Part shown: positions 30,574 through 38,993 of the stretch, piece after piece
Position numbering within the stretch: the stretch's first letter is position 1
Layout of the letters: every line of letters begins with the position of its first letter
Source of the DNA: a virus
Lineage: Duplodnaviria; Caudoviricetes
Length of the DNA stretch: 64,000 nt
Reading direction: 5' to 3' (one strand)
IMG/VR virus record: IMGVR_UViG_3300013713_000001
Location: 128,001 to 192,000 of that record
Translations under genes and position numbers: made by a program
Notes under the pieces: model-generated
Database searches by the model: none
Told to the model about the DNA's origin: nothing
The model's input: the letters and a program-made list of their open reading frames with translations, nothing else

Positions 30574-31581
30574 TTAGATACCGTAGACTTTGCCGACAGA
30601 CGTGCTGACCGACTTCATGTGGGTGAGGGTGCGCTTCAGGAGGCCCGAATAACGCGCGGCGGATTTCACGAACAGCTGGAGGGCCTTGAGGTTTTCCTCG
30701 CCGGCTTTCTTCTGCTCGTCGCTGGCCGAACCGTTGCCGTCGAGCTTCGACAGGTTGTCGATCATACCCTGGACGCGGGATTCGGTGGCGCCGGAGGCTT
30801 CGAGTGCACGGTCGATGATCTTCACGTGGTCTTTCAGCGAACCGAGGGTCGCTTCAGCCGCCTTGATGTCAGCCAGTTCGCGAATGCCTTTCAGGGTGTT
30901 GATGAGGGACTGGGTGCCCGACACGCCACCTTTGACACCGGAGGCCCAGGCCACGTAGGTGCTGTCGCCGCTTTTCTTGGCTTCGGTTTCGACCTCAGCA
31001 GCGAGCTTCACTTCGCCTTCCAGCGACTCGACGAGTTGAGCGATCTTCACGACCATCGCCTTTTGAGCTTTGTCGTTCGACTTACCCACTTCTTTCGAGA
31101 GGGTGGTCAGTTCTGCCAGGCTGGTGGCATCGCTGATCTTCTGGACGAGTTCTTTCGACTCGCTGGCCGCGCGCTTCAGACCTGCCTTGACCTTTTCAGG
31201 TTCCTGCAGTTCTTTCACGGTTTCGGTGATGCTGGCAGCGACCGCCTTGCTTTCTTCAGGACCCTGCTTCTTGAAGAAGAAGCCCCAGATGCTCTTGAAC
31301 ATCTTCTTGATGTACTCGATCGCCTTGCTGGCGCCGGCCTTGACGTTGCTGAAGAAGCTCTCAGCACCGGAAACCGATTCAGCGTAGCTCAGGCCACCCG
31401 AAGCGCTCAGCACGCCGTGCAGGTAGATCTGGGCGGTGGTGAGGCTTTCGGTACCGGCGATGGCGTTGACAGTGTCGCTCAGGGCAGTGAAGACCAGGCC
31501 AACGTGACCGGTTTCGGGTGCCACGAACTCTTCGTTGTCGTCGAGGATGATGTCGTCTTGCATTGCGTTTTCCTGACTCAT
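30574..31581 (-). CDS. Inner-head protein (paralog of 29524-30561)
   Basis: AGTESLTTAQIYL, SGAE then SFFSNVKAGASKAIEYIKKMFKSIWGFF. Confidence 0.7.
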   Translation of the reverse strand: MSQENAMQDDIILDDNEEFVAPETGHVGLVFTALSDTVNAIAGTESLTTAQIYLHGVLSASGGLSYAESVSGAESFFSNVKAGASKAIEYIKKMFKSIWGFFFKKQGPEESKAVAASITETVKELQEPEKVKAGLKRAASESKELVQKISDATSLAELTTLSKEVGKSNDKAQKAMVVKIAQLVESLEGEVKLAAEVETEAKKSGDSTYVAWASGVKGGVSGTQSLINTLKGIRELADIKAAEATLGSLKDHVKIIDRALEASGATESRVQGMIDNLSKLDGNGSASDEQKKAGEENLKALQLFVKSAARYSGLLKRTLTHMKSVSTSVGKVYGI

Positions 31582-31591
31582 GGTCTTTTCC

Positions 31592-32212
31592 TTACGTGTT
31601 CTGGAGATTGTGGAAATAGGTGGAGATGTTGACGCCGCCCTTCTCGCTGAAGTTCGACACGAAAAGGTTGACGTCGATCAAACTGTCCAACTTGTAACGG
31701 ATGTTCCAGTTCAAGGCGACGCGAGTCAGGAAGGAGATATAGACGGTGTACTTACGAACCTTCTCCTTGTCGTACGATTCCGACAGCCCGCCCATGTGCC
31801 GCAGCAGCTTGCCAGAGCGAATGGCTTCGGCATTGGCGCGCAGTTGGGTCAGCAGGTAGTCGGTAAAGACCACGTACTTCTCGAAGTCCAGTTCGAGACT
31901 TGCCAGAACGGTGTTGATGAAACCACCTTGTTCGTTGGCGCGTTCCTCGCGGTCAGCCAGACCTTTGTCACCTACAGTAAACTCCAGGTGCTGGGCGATG
32001 CGAGCGACGAGTACATCGGTAACCTCGTTGCCGTTGATCTTCAGCATGCGCGAGATCCCGATGCTTTCAGGGATCACCGTGCCTGGCAGGCTGGTGCGGT
32101 TGACTTCGGCAGGGGCAGTATCAACCACCTCTACCGCCGGGCTTTCAGTGCCCAGCGTTTGAACTTCAGGAGCATCGTACTCGATCTCCTCTTTAGTGTC
32201 TTTCTTGCTCAT
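31592..32212 (-). CDS. Hypothetical protein, possibly virion head
   Basis: 206 aa, acidic N-terminus with LGTES, TTTTATG late-type motif upstream. Confidence 0.6.
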   Translation of the reverse strand: MSKKDTKEEIEYDAPEVQTLGTESPAVEVVDTAPAEVNRTSLPGTVIPESIGISRMLKINGNEVTDVLVARIAQHLEFTVGDKGLADREERANEQGGFINTVLASLELDFEKYVVFTDYLLTQLRANAEAIRSGKLLRHMGGLSESYDKEKVRKYTVYISFLTRVALNWNIRYKLDSLIDVNLFVSNFSEKGGVNISTYFHNLQNT

Positions 32213-32270
32213 GAAAGGGGCCCCTTTCTGAATGAAAAAATAAAGGTACTACTTAGGTGTTCACCATAAA

Positions 32271-32307
32271 ATACCTAGACCCCTCCCTTTCGGAAGAGGT
32301 CTAGTAT
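32271..32307 (-). terminator. Terminator hairpin
   Basis: CTAGACC...GGTCTAG imperfect stem followed on the minus strand by GTATTTTATG. Confidence 0.6.
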
Positions 32308-32317
32308 ATTTGTTACA

Positions 32318-32887
32318 TCAAAGTGCCTTACCCGCCAGTTCAGCGCTTGCTGCTCGGAGGACTTCCGTGAGATGGGGATCCTCAGGGGGCATATTTGGAT
32401 TAGAGGTGTCTTTCAACCGATTGGACTTTAGCCGTTCAGCTTCTTTACGTTTCTCTTCATCCCACTTAGCACGATCGGCTTTACCTTTCGCACTTCCCTT
32501 AAGGATTTTCTTTACTAGGAACATGGGTGTGTTCAAGTATTCCGTCAACGTCATGAACTCATGGAGACGATGGAAATGGAATTCCTCCATAATCACCTCC
32601 ATGGCCCAGGGATGACGAAACTCGTTTTCACCCTCGTAGTAGAGTGCACCTTGGCCAGGCCTCAAGCGCTTGACGTCGATGTACCCCATCTTCAGGTCGT
32701 AGAGCAGGTCTCTGTTAAAGGCAAGCTGTTCTTCCGTGAACAGGCTTTCGTCGATCTTTCCTACGTTTGCAAATGCTTGCCGATACTGATCGTTGGGAAA
32801 AACCGGACCACCGATTACGAGCGGGCTTCGAGCTCGACCCGCTGCTTGGTTTCCGCCATCCGAACCAACATGAACTGGGTATGGGTA
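32318..32887 (-). CDS. Probable -1 frameshift extension of the 571-aa protein (ORF track calls only 32318-32689)
   Basis: Frame is stop-free for 66 codons upstream of ATG 32689, back to the T7 run at 32887-32893; that ATG has no obvious RBS. Confidence 0.6.
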   Translation of the reverse strand, partial: YPYPVHVGSDGGNQAAGRARSPLVIGGPVFPNDQYRQAFANVGKIDESLFTEEQLAFNRDLLYDLKMGYIDVKRLRPGQGALYYEGENEFRHPWAMEVIMEEFHFHRLHEFMTLTEYLNTPMFLVKKILKGSAKGKADRAKWDEEKRKEAERLKSNRLKDTSNPNMPPEDPHLTEVLRAASAELAGKAL

Positions 32888-34530
32888 AAAAAAGTCATGA
32901 ACATGTCGATCGGGGTGTACCCCAGGTTGCGAGCATGGCCATTGACCTCATCCGCGCCCTTCTTGCATTTCGGGCAAGGGGTATTGCGCAGACCGATGAA
33001 GGTACGCGTCATGTACGGTCCAGCGGTGTACACGAAGCGGGTCAGCTGGTTGTCCAGGTAGCTGTCCTTCAGCGCGCCGCGCAGGCCCTTGTTGAACTCG
33101 AGCTGGTCTGATTCACGGCGCTTGATCACAACCGGCGGTTCATCGCTCCCTGGCTGCGGCATCAGCGAGTACTCGGTGACCCAGTGCAGGAATTCGCAAC
33201 CACCGACACCCTTGAGAATCACAGCGATCTGGGCCTCGAGGGCTTCCTGGTCGGTGATGTTGTTTCGGGCGTTGGCGATCTGAGGATCCACCTGGGTGAC
33301 CATGTAGTCCAGCGCAGCAAACGCTTCCGCCAACGAGGTGTTGCCAACGGTCAGACGGACCGACTGGTTGGCATTGTAGATGTAGTTCTCTTCCACCCCG
33401 TACTTGGACTTCTCGATGAACTCGAGTACCTGCGCCATGCTGTAGCGTGCAGTACCGTTAAAGATGTTGCCAAGGATGGCCATCTCTTCATCGGTGTGGG
33501 CACTTGGGCGATGGCGGACGAGCAGCGCCGGGTTGATCTTCTCGTAGGAGCTCCAGTCACAGGACGGCGAGAAGCAACGCAGGTCCATGTTGGCTTCGTC
33601 GTCTTCGAACGAGGCCAGCAGTGCAGCCAGGATAACTTCCATGTCCCGGAAGCGGATAACCTGAGCCAGGTCGCGGAAGTCCGCGATGCCATCGATGCTG
33701 CAGTTGGTGATGTACGGAACCATCCAGTTCCACACCGCGCGGTAACCTGCAATCGTGGACAGGACCAGCGAGTTGCCACCGACGGTACGAACGTAACCAC
33801 GAATGGTCGCGTTGATCTCGTTGATGAGCATTGCAGCGTCAGTCTTGTGACCCCGGGCCAGCTGGAACTTGCAGAAGCTGTTGCGCAGGTTGATCGCGTA
33901 CAGGTACGGACTGGAGTTACCCCGCGAAGCAGCGCGTTCCATTTGCTCCGATAGGCTGTTCGGGCGAGCGGTGGCGCTCGGGATGAGTCCGGTGATGTCA
34001 GGCATGACAATAGAGTCAGAGGCCTTGTACACGTTACGGGCTTCTTCCCGCATCATCCTTGTCTTAACCATGATGGGGTCAGACGTGTTCTGGAGGAAGC
34101 GGTACATGTCCGCGGCTTTGATCTCCATGTCGTCGTACGAGACACCAGGGAACTTCTGGTCGCAGTACTGGTGCCATTCGGCCAGGGTCGCATTGACCAT
34201 GCTCTTGTGGATCTGACCTTTACGGGCGACTTCACGGATGCTGCTGAGCGACACCCAGATCGACACCAGCTCCTGGACTGCATCGTAGTCCGCTTTGCTG
34301 TTCCCGAGGTAGATCGGGGTAAACCCTTGACGCCGGCTCTCGTCGGTGTCTTCTGCCTGGCCTTTCGATTCAGGCAGGGAATCTACCTGTTTCTTCAACG
34401 GTGTGTTTTCTGGTGTGTGGGTGTCGGTGTACCCGAACGGCTTTGGTGGCTGTGGAATCGCCTCGCTCACCGCGTTGGCCAGAGGAGAATGTTCTGCTGG
34501 ATTGTTTACGGTTGGATCATCAGACATCAT
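32815..34530 (-). CDS. Conserved CxxC protein, candidate tail / baseplate assembly chaperone (phiKZ gp77-like)
   Basis: 571 aa with CFSPSC and CPKC knuckles; FF codons near the C-terminus sit on a slippery T7 run. Confidence 0.55.
   Translation of the reverse strand: MMSDDPTVNNPAEHSPLANAVSEAIPQPPKPFGYTDTHTPENTPLKKQVDSLPESKGQAEDTDESRRQGFTPIYLGNSKADYDAVQELVSIWVSLSSIREVARKGQIHKSMVNATLAEWHQYCDQKFPGVSYDDMEIKAADMYRFLQNTSDPIMVKTRMMREEARNVYKASDSIVMPDITGLIPSATARPNSLSEQMERAASRGNSSPYLYAINLRNSFCKFQLARGHKTDAAMLINEINATIRGYVRTVGGNSLVLSTIAGYRAVWNWMVPYITNCSIDGIADFRDLAQVIRFRDMEVILAALLASFEDDEANMDLRCFSPSCDWSSYEKINPALLVRHRPSAHTDEEMAILGNIFNGTARYSMAQVLEFIEKSKYGVEENYIYNANQSVRLTVGNTSLAEAFAALDYMVTQVDPQIANARNNITDQEALEAQIAVILKGVGGCEFLHWVTEYSLMPQPGSDEPPVVIKRRESDQLEFNKGLRGALKDSYLDNQLTRFVYTAGPYMTRTFIGLRNTPCPKCKKGADEVNGHARNLGYTPIDMFMTFFTHTQFMLVRMAETKQRVELEARS
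32887..32893 (-). promoter_or_regulatory. Candidate programmed -1 ribosomal frameshift site (T TTT TTT)
   Basis: X XXY YYZ heptamer in the correct phase (ACT TTT TTT ACC); downstream stem-loops at 32846-32868 and 32820-32843. Confidence 0.65.
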
Positions 34531-35381
34531 TGCGCGTCCTTGTTACGTTCTTCGGTAATAGGGTCTTGCGGAATGTCCTTTACCGGTTCCACCTCAGGGA
34601 AGTCATCCGGTACCAGGTTTTCGGTGTCCGCTGGGGGAACCACTTCACCCGCTTCGTTCTCGTCGAGCAGGGTCTGGGTCATCAGGACCATCTCAGCGAT
34701 CTCTTTTGCCGAGACGCCTTCGGTGGTGACGTACAGAGGACCAACCTTCTTGATCCGTTCCTCGTGCAGCTGACGGCTGTACTCGAGTACTGGCATGCCC
34801 GACGGGAGGTGCTCGGTAACGTAGCGGTTGATCTCGTGCTCTTTCTTCTTGAGCATTTCGTAGGTGGGCATGTGGTAGATGATCATCAGATCACGCATGA
34901 CGTCGACCATGTCCATGACGAGCTCGACGTAGTCTTCCGGCAGCTTTTGCGCCTGGTCGAGCATGATGATGGCGTCGACGTTTTCCACGAAGCGCACGAT
35001 GGAACGCTCGTAGACCTCGATCGTCATCGCATTTTCAGGGGTGATCTGGAAGCGACCTTCGTCTTCGGCGAGGATGGTGTAGATCGCGATGCCGCCATGG
35101 AGCTTGATGACCTGCTCCATGGTTTCCTGGATACCGCGGAGGAAGTCGACACGGTTGATACCGATTTCCGGAACTTCGCCCTTGGCCAGCTTCGATTTGA
35201 TCTTCGTGGCACCTGACTTCACATCGTTGATGAGGTCATAGACGCTGGCGTTCTTGTCGTAGAAGCCACGGCTGGCACCTTGACTCGAGGTCGACTGGTT
35301 GGCAGCCTTTACACGGGCCTTGGCCTTGCTCTTGGAACGGGCGATCTTTTTGGCTTTCATGGTTTGTTGTTTGGTGGCCAT
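34527..35381 (-). CDS. Hypothetical protein with basic N-terminus and acidic C-terminus
   Basis: 284 aa, high codon bias. Confidence 0.7.
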   Translation of the reverse strand: MATKQQTMKAKKIARSKSKAKARVKAANQSTSSQGASRGFYDKNASVYDLINDVKSGATKIKSKLAKGEVPEIGINRVDFLRGIQETMEQVIKLHGGIAIYTILAEDEGRFQITPENAMTIEVYERSIVRFVENVDAIIMLDQAQKLPEDYVELVMDMVDVMRDLMIIYHMPTYEMLKKKEHEINRYVTEHLPSGMPVLEYSRQLHEERIKKVGPLYVTTEGVSAKEIAEMVLMTQTLLDENEAGEVVPPADTENLVPDDFPEVEPVKDIPQDPITEERNKDAQ

Positions 35382-35420
35382 GATGCTATAGCTTCCTTGA
35401 ATTGAACAGAGGGTTAATCG

Positions 35421-36329
35421 ATGCTTATCGATGTCGAAGAAACAGTCAACTTGAATGAAGAGGGTAATCTCGCAGACAACATGGTCGGTGGAATGTGGAT
35501 TACCTTTCGCAGCGCTATCCCGCCCTTACAGGCTACAGTATTGGATAATGCGTTTAATTTAATTATCCTCTCGGATGAAGACTCGGTAGTTCCTCACCAG
35601 ATCGCTGACGTTCTCGCCAACACTGACTTGGAATTGTCTGTTAAGAAGCAAACCGTCTACGTATTGCTAACAGTCAATATAATTAGCCTGCTGACCGAAA
35701 TGGGGATTTCCCTTAATCAAGATGTAGCAGGCGAAGAATACATCAAGGACCTGGCAAAGCTCCTGGACTTCTTCTTGAGTCTGCAAGAGTACGAAGACCT
35801 CATCGGTCTCAAGTCTCTTTTAGAATGCATGGACATTCCACCGGTGAACCGTCTCCTGCGTGCGATGGAAATGTACTGGGGTGAGGATGAAGACCTGTCG
35901 GTATTCGAAGTTCTTCTTGTGGACGTCTCCGAAGTGACGTTGAAGGCCATTAAGGACACCCTGTTTAGTCCTGAAGAGATGGCGAACACTCCAGATAACA
36001 TTGTTAACCGGGTAATGGATAACAAGGCGTTTATGGAAGGGACTCGGGCGTACGAACACTTGATCAACAACGGTCAAGCGGGAGGTGGGATGCCAACCTA
36101 CCTGAACTTCTTTAAACCCTACCTGGAAGAACTCCTGGAATCAGGTAAGTCAGAGGACTTGCTGGTCTTTGCGAAAGAAGTGGTTGCTTTCTACCTCATC
36201 TCCGACATTAACGACCACTGGCTGAAAGAAAAGGCCACCGAGTATCTCTATTCGGTTATTGAAGACATTACAGCGATTACACGTTTCGAGCAAATGATCG
36301 AGGGGGTGGTTATCCGTGAACAAGCTTGA
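35421..36329 (+). CDS. Conserved acidic hypothetical protein (phiKZ gp79-like position)
   Basis: 302 aa, GAGGG RBS, immediately upstream of the virion RNAP subunit. Confidence 0.65.
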   Translation: MLIDVEETVNLNEEGNLADNMVGGMWITFRSAIPPLQATVLDNAFNLIILSDEDSVVPHQIADVLANTDLELSVKKQTVYVLLTVNIISLLTEMGISLNQDVAGEEYIKDLAKLLDFFLSLQEYEDLIGLKSLLECMDIPPVNRLLRAMEMYWGEDEDLSVFEVLLVDVSEVTLKAIKDTLFSPEEMANTPDNIVNRVMDNKAFMEGTRAYEHLINNGQAGGGMPTYLNFFKPYLEELLESGKSEDLLVFAKEVVAFYLISDINDHWLKEKATEYLYSVIEDITAITRFEQMIEGVVIREQA

Positions 36330-37620
36330 ATACCTCAAACACTTTATCGACAACGACGGTTACGACAACAAGGGCAGTATCCAGTCGCTGATTACCATTC
36401 AGTTCGAGGACCCGGACTCGTCTGAACTGTTCAAGCAGGAGCCCTGTGCTGTCTACATTGAAAAGGGCCAGCACTGGACGTTGATCGATGGCCAACCAGT
36501 CCGTGTCGAGGGGGGTGACGTTAATGAACCCCTCTTCTACATGGACGAATTGCTTGAGCTACCGGGTGATTTCCATCCGTTGCTGAAAGGCAAACCGATC
36601 AAGACTACCTTTGGCCTGTTCCTGTTTAACACCATCCTTATCTGGGAGCCCTTTAAAGGAACCGTTGACTACGTTAACCGTGAGTTCACCAAAGGGTTCT
36701 TTGAAGACCTCTTCCGCGAGATCATGGTGGACAACCCGAAACCTGGGGAGTCGGTTCCGGCAGGCAAGGCGTCTGTAGACGAGTGCCTCATGTTTACCCA
36801 TAACTGTAACTTCCTGGAAGGTTTGGGAAGTCACTACATCAAACCGGGTGGACTCGATGCACTGACGGTTGATCGTGAGGTCTTGGAACTCCGTGACCGT
36901 CTCTTTAAAGAGCACGAGCACGAACTTGACGACCCAGTAGTCTTTACCAACATCATTGACCAGGTTGTAGCCCTGGACATGAAGAAGATGTTGGAAGGTC
37001 CGAGCAAGAAGTTCTTTATCAACAAGAAGTTTATCGACAACAGTCGTAAGCGGATGTTTATTGCGTTTGGTATTGAACCGAACGATACTGGGACGGGCTG
37101 GGTTGCCCTGAAGCAATCGCTGGCTGAAGGCTGGGATCCGCAGTACCTCTCGGCTTACATCAATACCGCTGTGGCAGGCTCGTACAGCCGTTCCATGGCG
37201 ACGGGTGAAGGTGGTTCTCAGGTTAAGGAAACCCTGCGTCTGATCGGTCGTGCAGTTGTCTCGATGACCACCCCTGATTGCGGTTCTCCTTCGACTGAAA
37301 CTGTACTGATCGCGAAGTCCAATAAGAAGTACTGGATTGGCGTCTACGCGGTGATTGGCAAGAAGGTTACCCTTATCACCAAGGACAACGTGGATAGTCT
37401 TGTAGGGAAGCCTACGGAGGTTAGAACGAGTAATCGTTGCGTCCTTCCAGACGGCGAGTACTGCCAGACCTGTTGTGGTATTGGTCTCGGTGCTTATGGG
37501 GAACGACTGAGCTCTGAGATTGTGTTGATCCCGACTCGCATGATGCTGGCCCGTATGAAAGCGGCTCACGTTGCGGGATCTAAGACTTCCGTGCTTGATC
37601 TCGATATCGCTCTCAAATAA
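36316..37620 (+). CDS. Virion RNA polymerase beta'-like subunit (phiKZ gp80-like)
   Basis: Bridge-helix-like RSMATGEGGSQVKETLR, DCGS, Zn cysteines (RC...YCQTCCG), trigger-loop-like MLARMKAAH. Confidence 0.8.
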   Translation: MNKLEYLKHFIDNDGYDNKGSIQSLITIQFEDPDSSELFKQEPCAVYIEKGQHWTLIDGQPVRVEGGDVNEPLFYMDELLELPGDFHPLLKGKPIKTTFGLFLFNTILIWEPFKGTVDYVNREFTKGFFEDLFREIMVDNPKPGESVPAGKASVDECLMFTHNCNFLEGLGSHYIKPGGLDALTVDREVLELRDRLFKEHEHELDDPVVFTNIIDQVVALDMKKMLEGPSKKFFINKKFIDNSRKRMFIAFGIEPNDTGTGWVALKQSLAEGWDPQYLSAYINTAVAGSYSRSMATGEGGSQVKETLRLIGRAVVSMTTPDCGSPSTETVLIAKSNKKYWIGVYAVIGKKVTLITKDNVDSLVGKPTEVRTSNRCVLPDGEYCQTCCGIGLGAYGERLSSEIVLIPTRMMLARMKAAHVAGSKTSVLDLDIALK

Positions 37621-37637
37621 AAAAAAAACAGTCAACA

Positions 37638-37665
37638 GCCCTCCCTACCGTCTGGTAGGGAGGGT
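37638..37665. terminator. Bidirectional terminator hairpin
   Basis: GCCCTCCCTACC-GTCT-GGTAGGGAGGGT with an A-tract at about 37619-37628. Confidence 0.8.
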
Positions 37666-37670
37666 TAGTC

Positions 37671-38645
37671 TTATGACTCGGTCTCTAGTAACTCATACTT
37701 CCAGGTGTGACCCTTATGACTAGCGGTTCTTCCGGCGATCATGTTCCCGATAGCTTCTGGATTGAATCCTAGCTCCTTGCACTTCTTCTTCCCAATGAAG
37801 GTAACTGTTTCTCCTGTAAGGATATTAGTTCCAACAGTTCGATATTTAGCGATAGGGCAAGTTTCTTGGATATCCTTAAGAATATCATCAGGAATCGTCT
37901 TTGGAAGGACAGACTGTTCTTCTTCTGTCGCAAACGACCACTTACAGTTCCCATGTGACTTGAGAATGCCGTTAGCCGCGTTACTAGTTGCTGCCTGATC
38001 AAACCCATAAAGCTCTAAGTGATAACCTCCAAAAACTACAAATTCGTAACCAATGTAGTCCCCTCTAATAATCCTGCCCTTTAGAGGTTTAGTCTTAGGG
38101 TGGTTCTTACCAGAAACTTTTAACCCGGTTCTATAGGCATGTACTTCGTTTTCTGATTTGGTAGACCACTCTAAATCCAAGTAATTGTTTTTGCTCTTAT
38201 CTCCCTTGGTATGGTTTACCTCCAAATCCTTTGGGTGCAGCCCCATTCGATCGTGATGCTCCTTTAGGGGAATGAAAGCACAGGCTACCATGCGATGGAC
38301 AACCATATTCTTTTGCTCCCCATCCATTCCAACAACGATCTGAAGATAGCCGCTTTGGTTGAGCGTGGGGGTTACAAGCTTACCTATCCTTTTTGAGTAA
38401 ATGTTGCCCTTGTTAGATATGAACCATCCGAAGGGCTGGATCGCGGCTTGACCGAGCTTATTTTTGGTCCGGAGTTCATGTTGGTAGTAAACTACGGGGA
38501 GGAATACTTCGTACTCGGGGTCTAACTTCAATCGTTCATCGAGACGTTGTTTAACCAACCCTAGGTTAAAGGGGAAGGAAGTCAGCCTATAGGCTTCCAA
38601 TGACTCAGGGGTGTTGAACAAATCGTCAATGAAAAGCAGGTTCAT
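37671..38645 (-). CDS. HNH homing endonuclease (I-HmuI / HNH_3-like), free-standing
   Basis: ISNKGNIYS, GYLQI, VHRMVACAFIP, VNHTKGDKSKNNYLDLEWSTKSENEVHA, two C-terminal NUMOD1-like repeats; AT-rich relative to flanks. Confidence 0.88.
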   Translation of the reverse strand: MNLLFIDDLFNTPESLEAYRLTSFPFNLGLVKQRLDERLKLDPEYEVFLPVVYYQHELRTKNKLGQAAIQPFGWFISNKGNIYSKRIGKLVTPTLNQSGYLQIVVGMDGEQKNMVVHRMVACAFIPLKEHHDRMGLHPKDLEVNHTKGDKSKNNYLDLEWSTKSENEVHAYRTGLKVSGKNHPKTKPLKGRIIRGDYIGYEFVVFGGYHLELYGFDQAATSNAANGILKSHGNCKWSFATEEEQSVLPKTIPDDILKDIQETCPIAKYRTVGTNILTGETVTFIGKKKCKELGFNPEAIGNMIAGRTASHKGHTWKYELLETES

Positions 38646-38663
38646 AAGCTAACTCTTGCTGGG

Positions 38664-38921
38664 TTACCGGTTTTTAGGACAATAGGGAAATACGGATTTA
38701 ACCACGTCACAGACCAGCTCAGTGTCATGTTCCTTTCCCAGTACGGCAGAGACGGGGAATTCTCCCAGTAGGGTTACCAGTGGATTAGCCGTCTTAGTAG
38801 CGGTGTGCTCGACGCGTTCTCTCCGTTCTTTGATCAGACTATCTCTTCTCTTCTGTTCACGCTCACGAAGGACAATAGCCCCCTTAGGACTAACACCGTG
38901 CTTAGATTTCTTCTTCTTCAT
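38664..38921 (-). CDS. Small basic hypothetical protein
   Basis: 85 aa, GGAG RBS, upstream of the HNH gene. Confidence 0.5.
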   Translation of the reverse strand: MKKKKSKHGVSPKGAIVLREREQKRRDSLIKERRERVEHTATKTANPLVTLLGEFPVSAVLGKEHDTELVCDVVKSVFPYCPKNR

Positions 38922-38944
38922 AAAACTCCAATAGAGACCTATTA

Positions 38945-38974
38945 CCCTCCTAGCCCTTGACGGGGCTAGGAGGG
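38945..38974 (-). terminator. Terminator hairpin
   Basis: CCCTCCTAGCCCT-TGAC-GGGGCTAGGAGGG. Confidence 0.75.
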
Positions 38975-38993
38975 CATTAAGAAGGACAACGGG

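Noticed and set aside
29623-31632. 669-aa plus-strand ORF spanning two genes
   Set aside because: Antisense shadow of two same-phase, codon-biased genes
37671-38645. HNH gene as part of a group I intron in the vRNAP gene
   Set aside because: It is on the opposite strand, downstream of an intact stop and terminator, with no visible second exon
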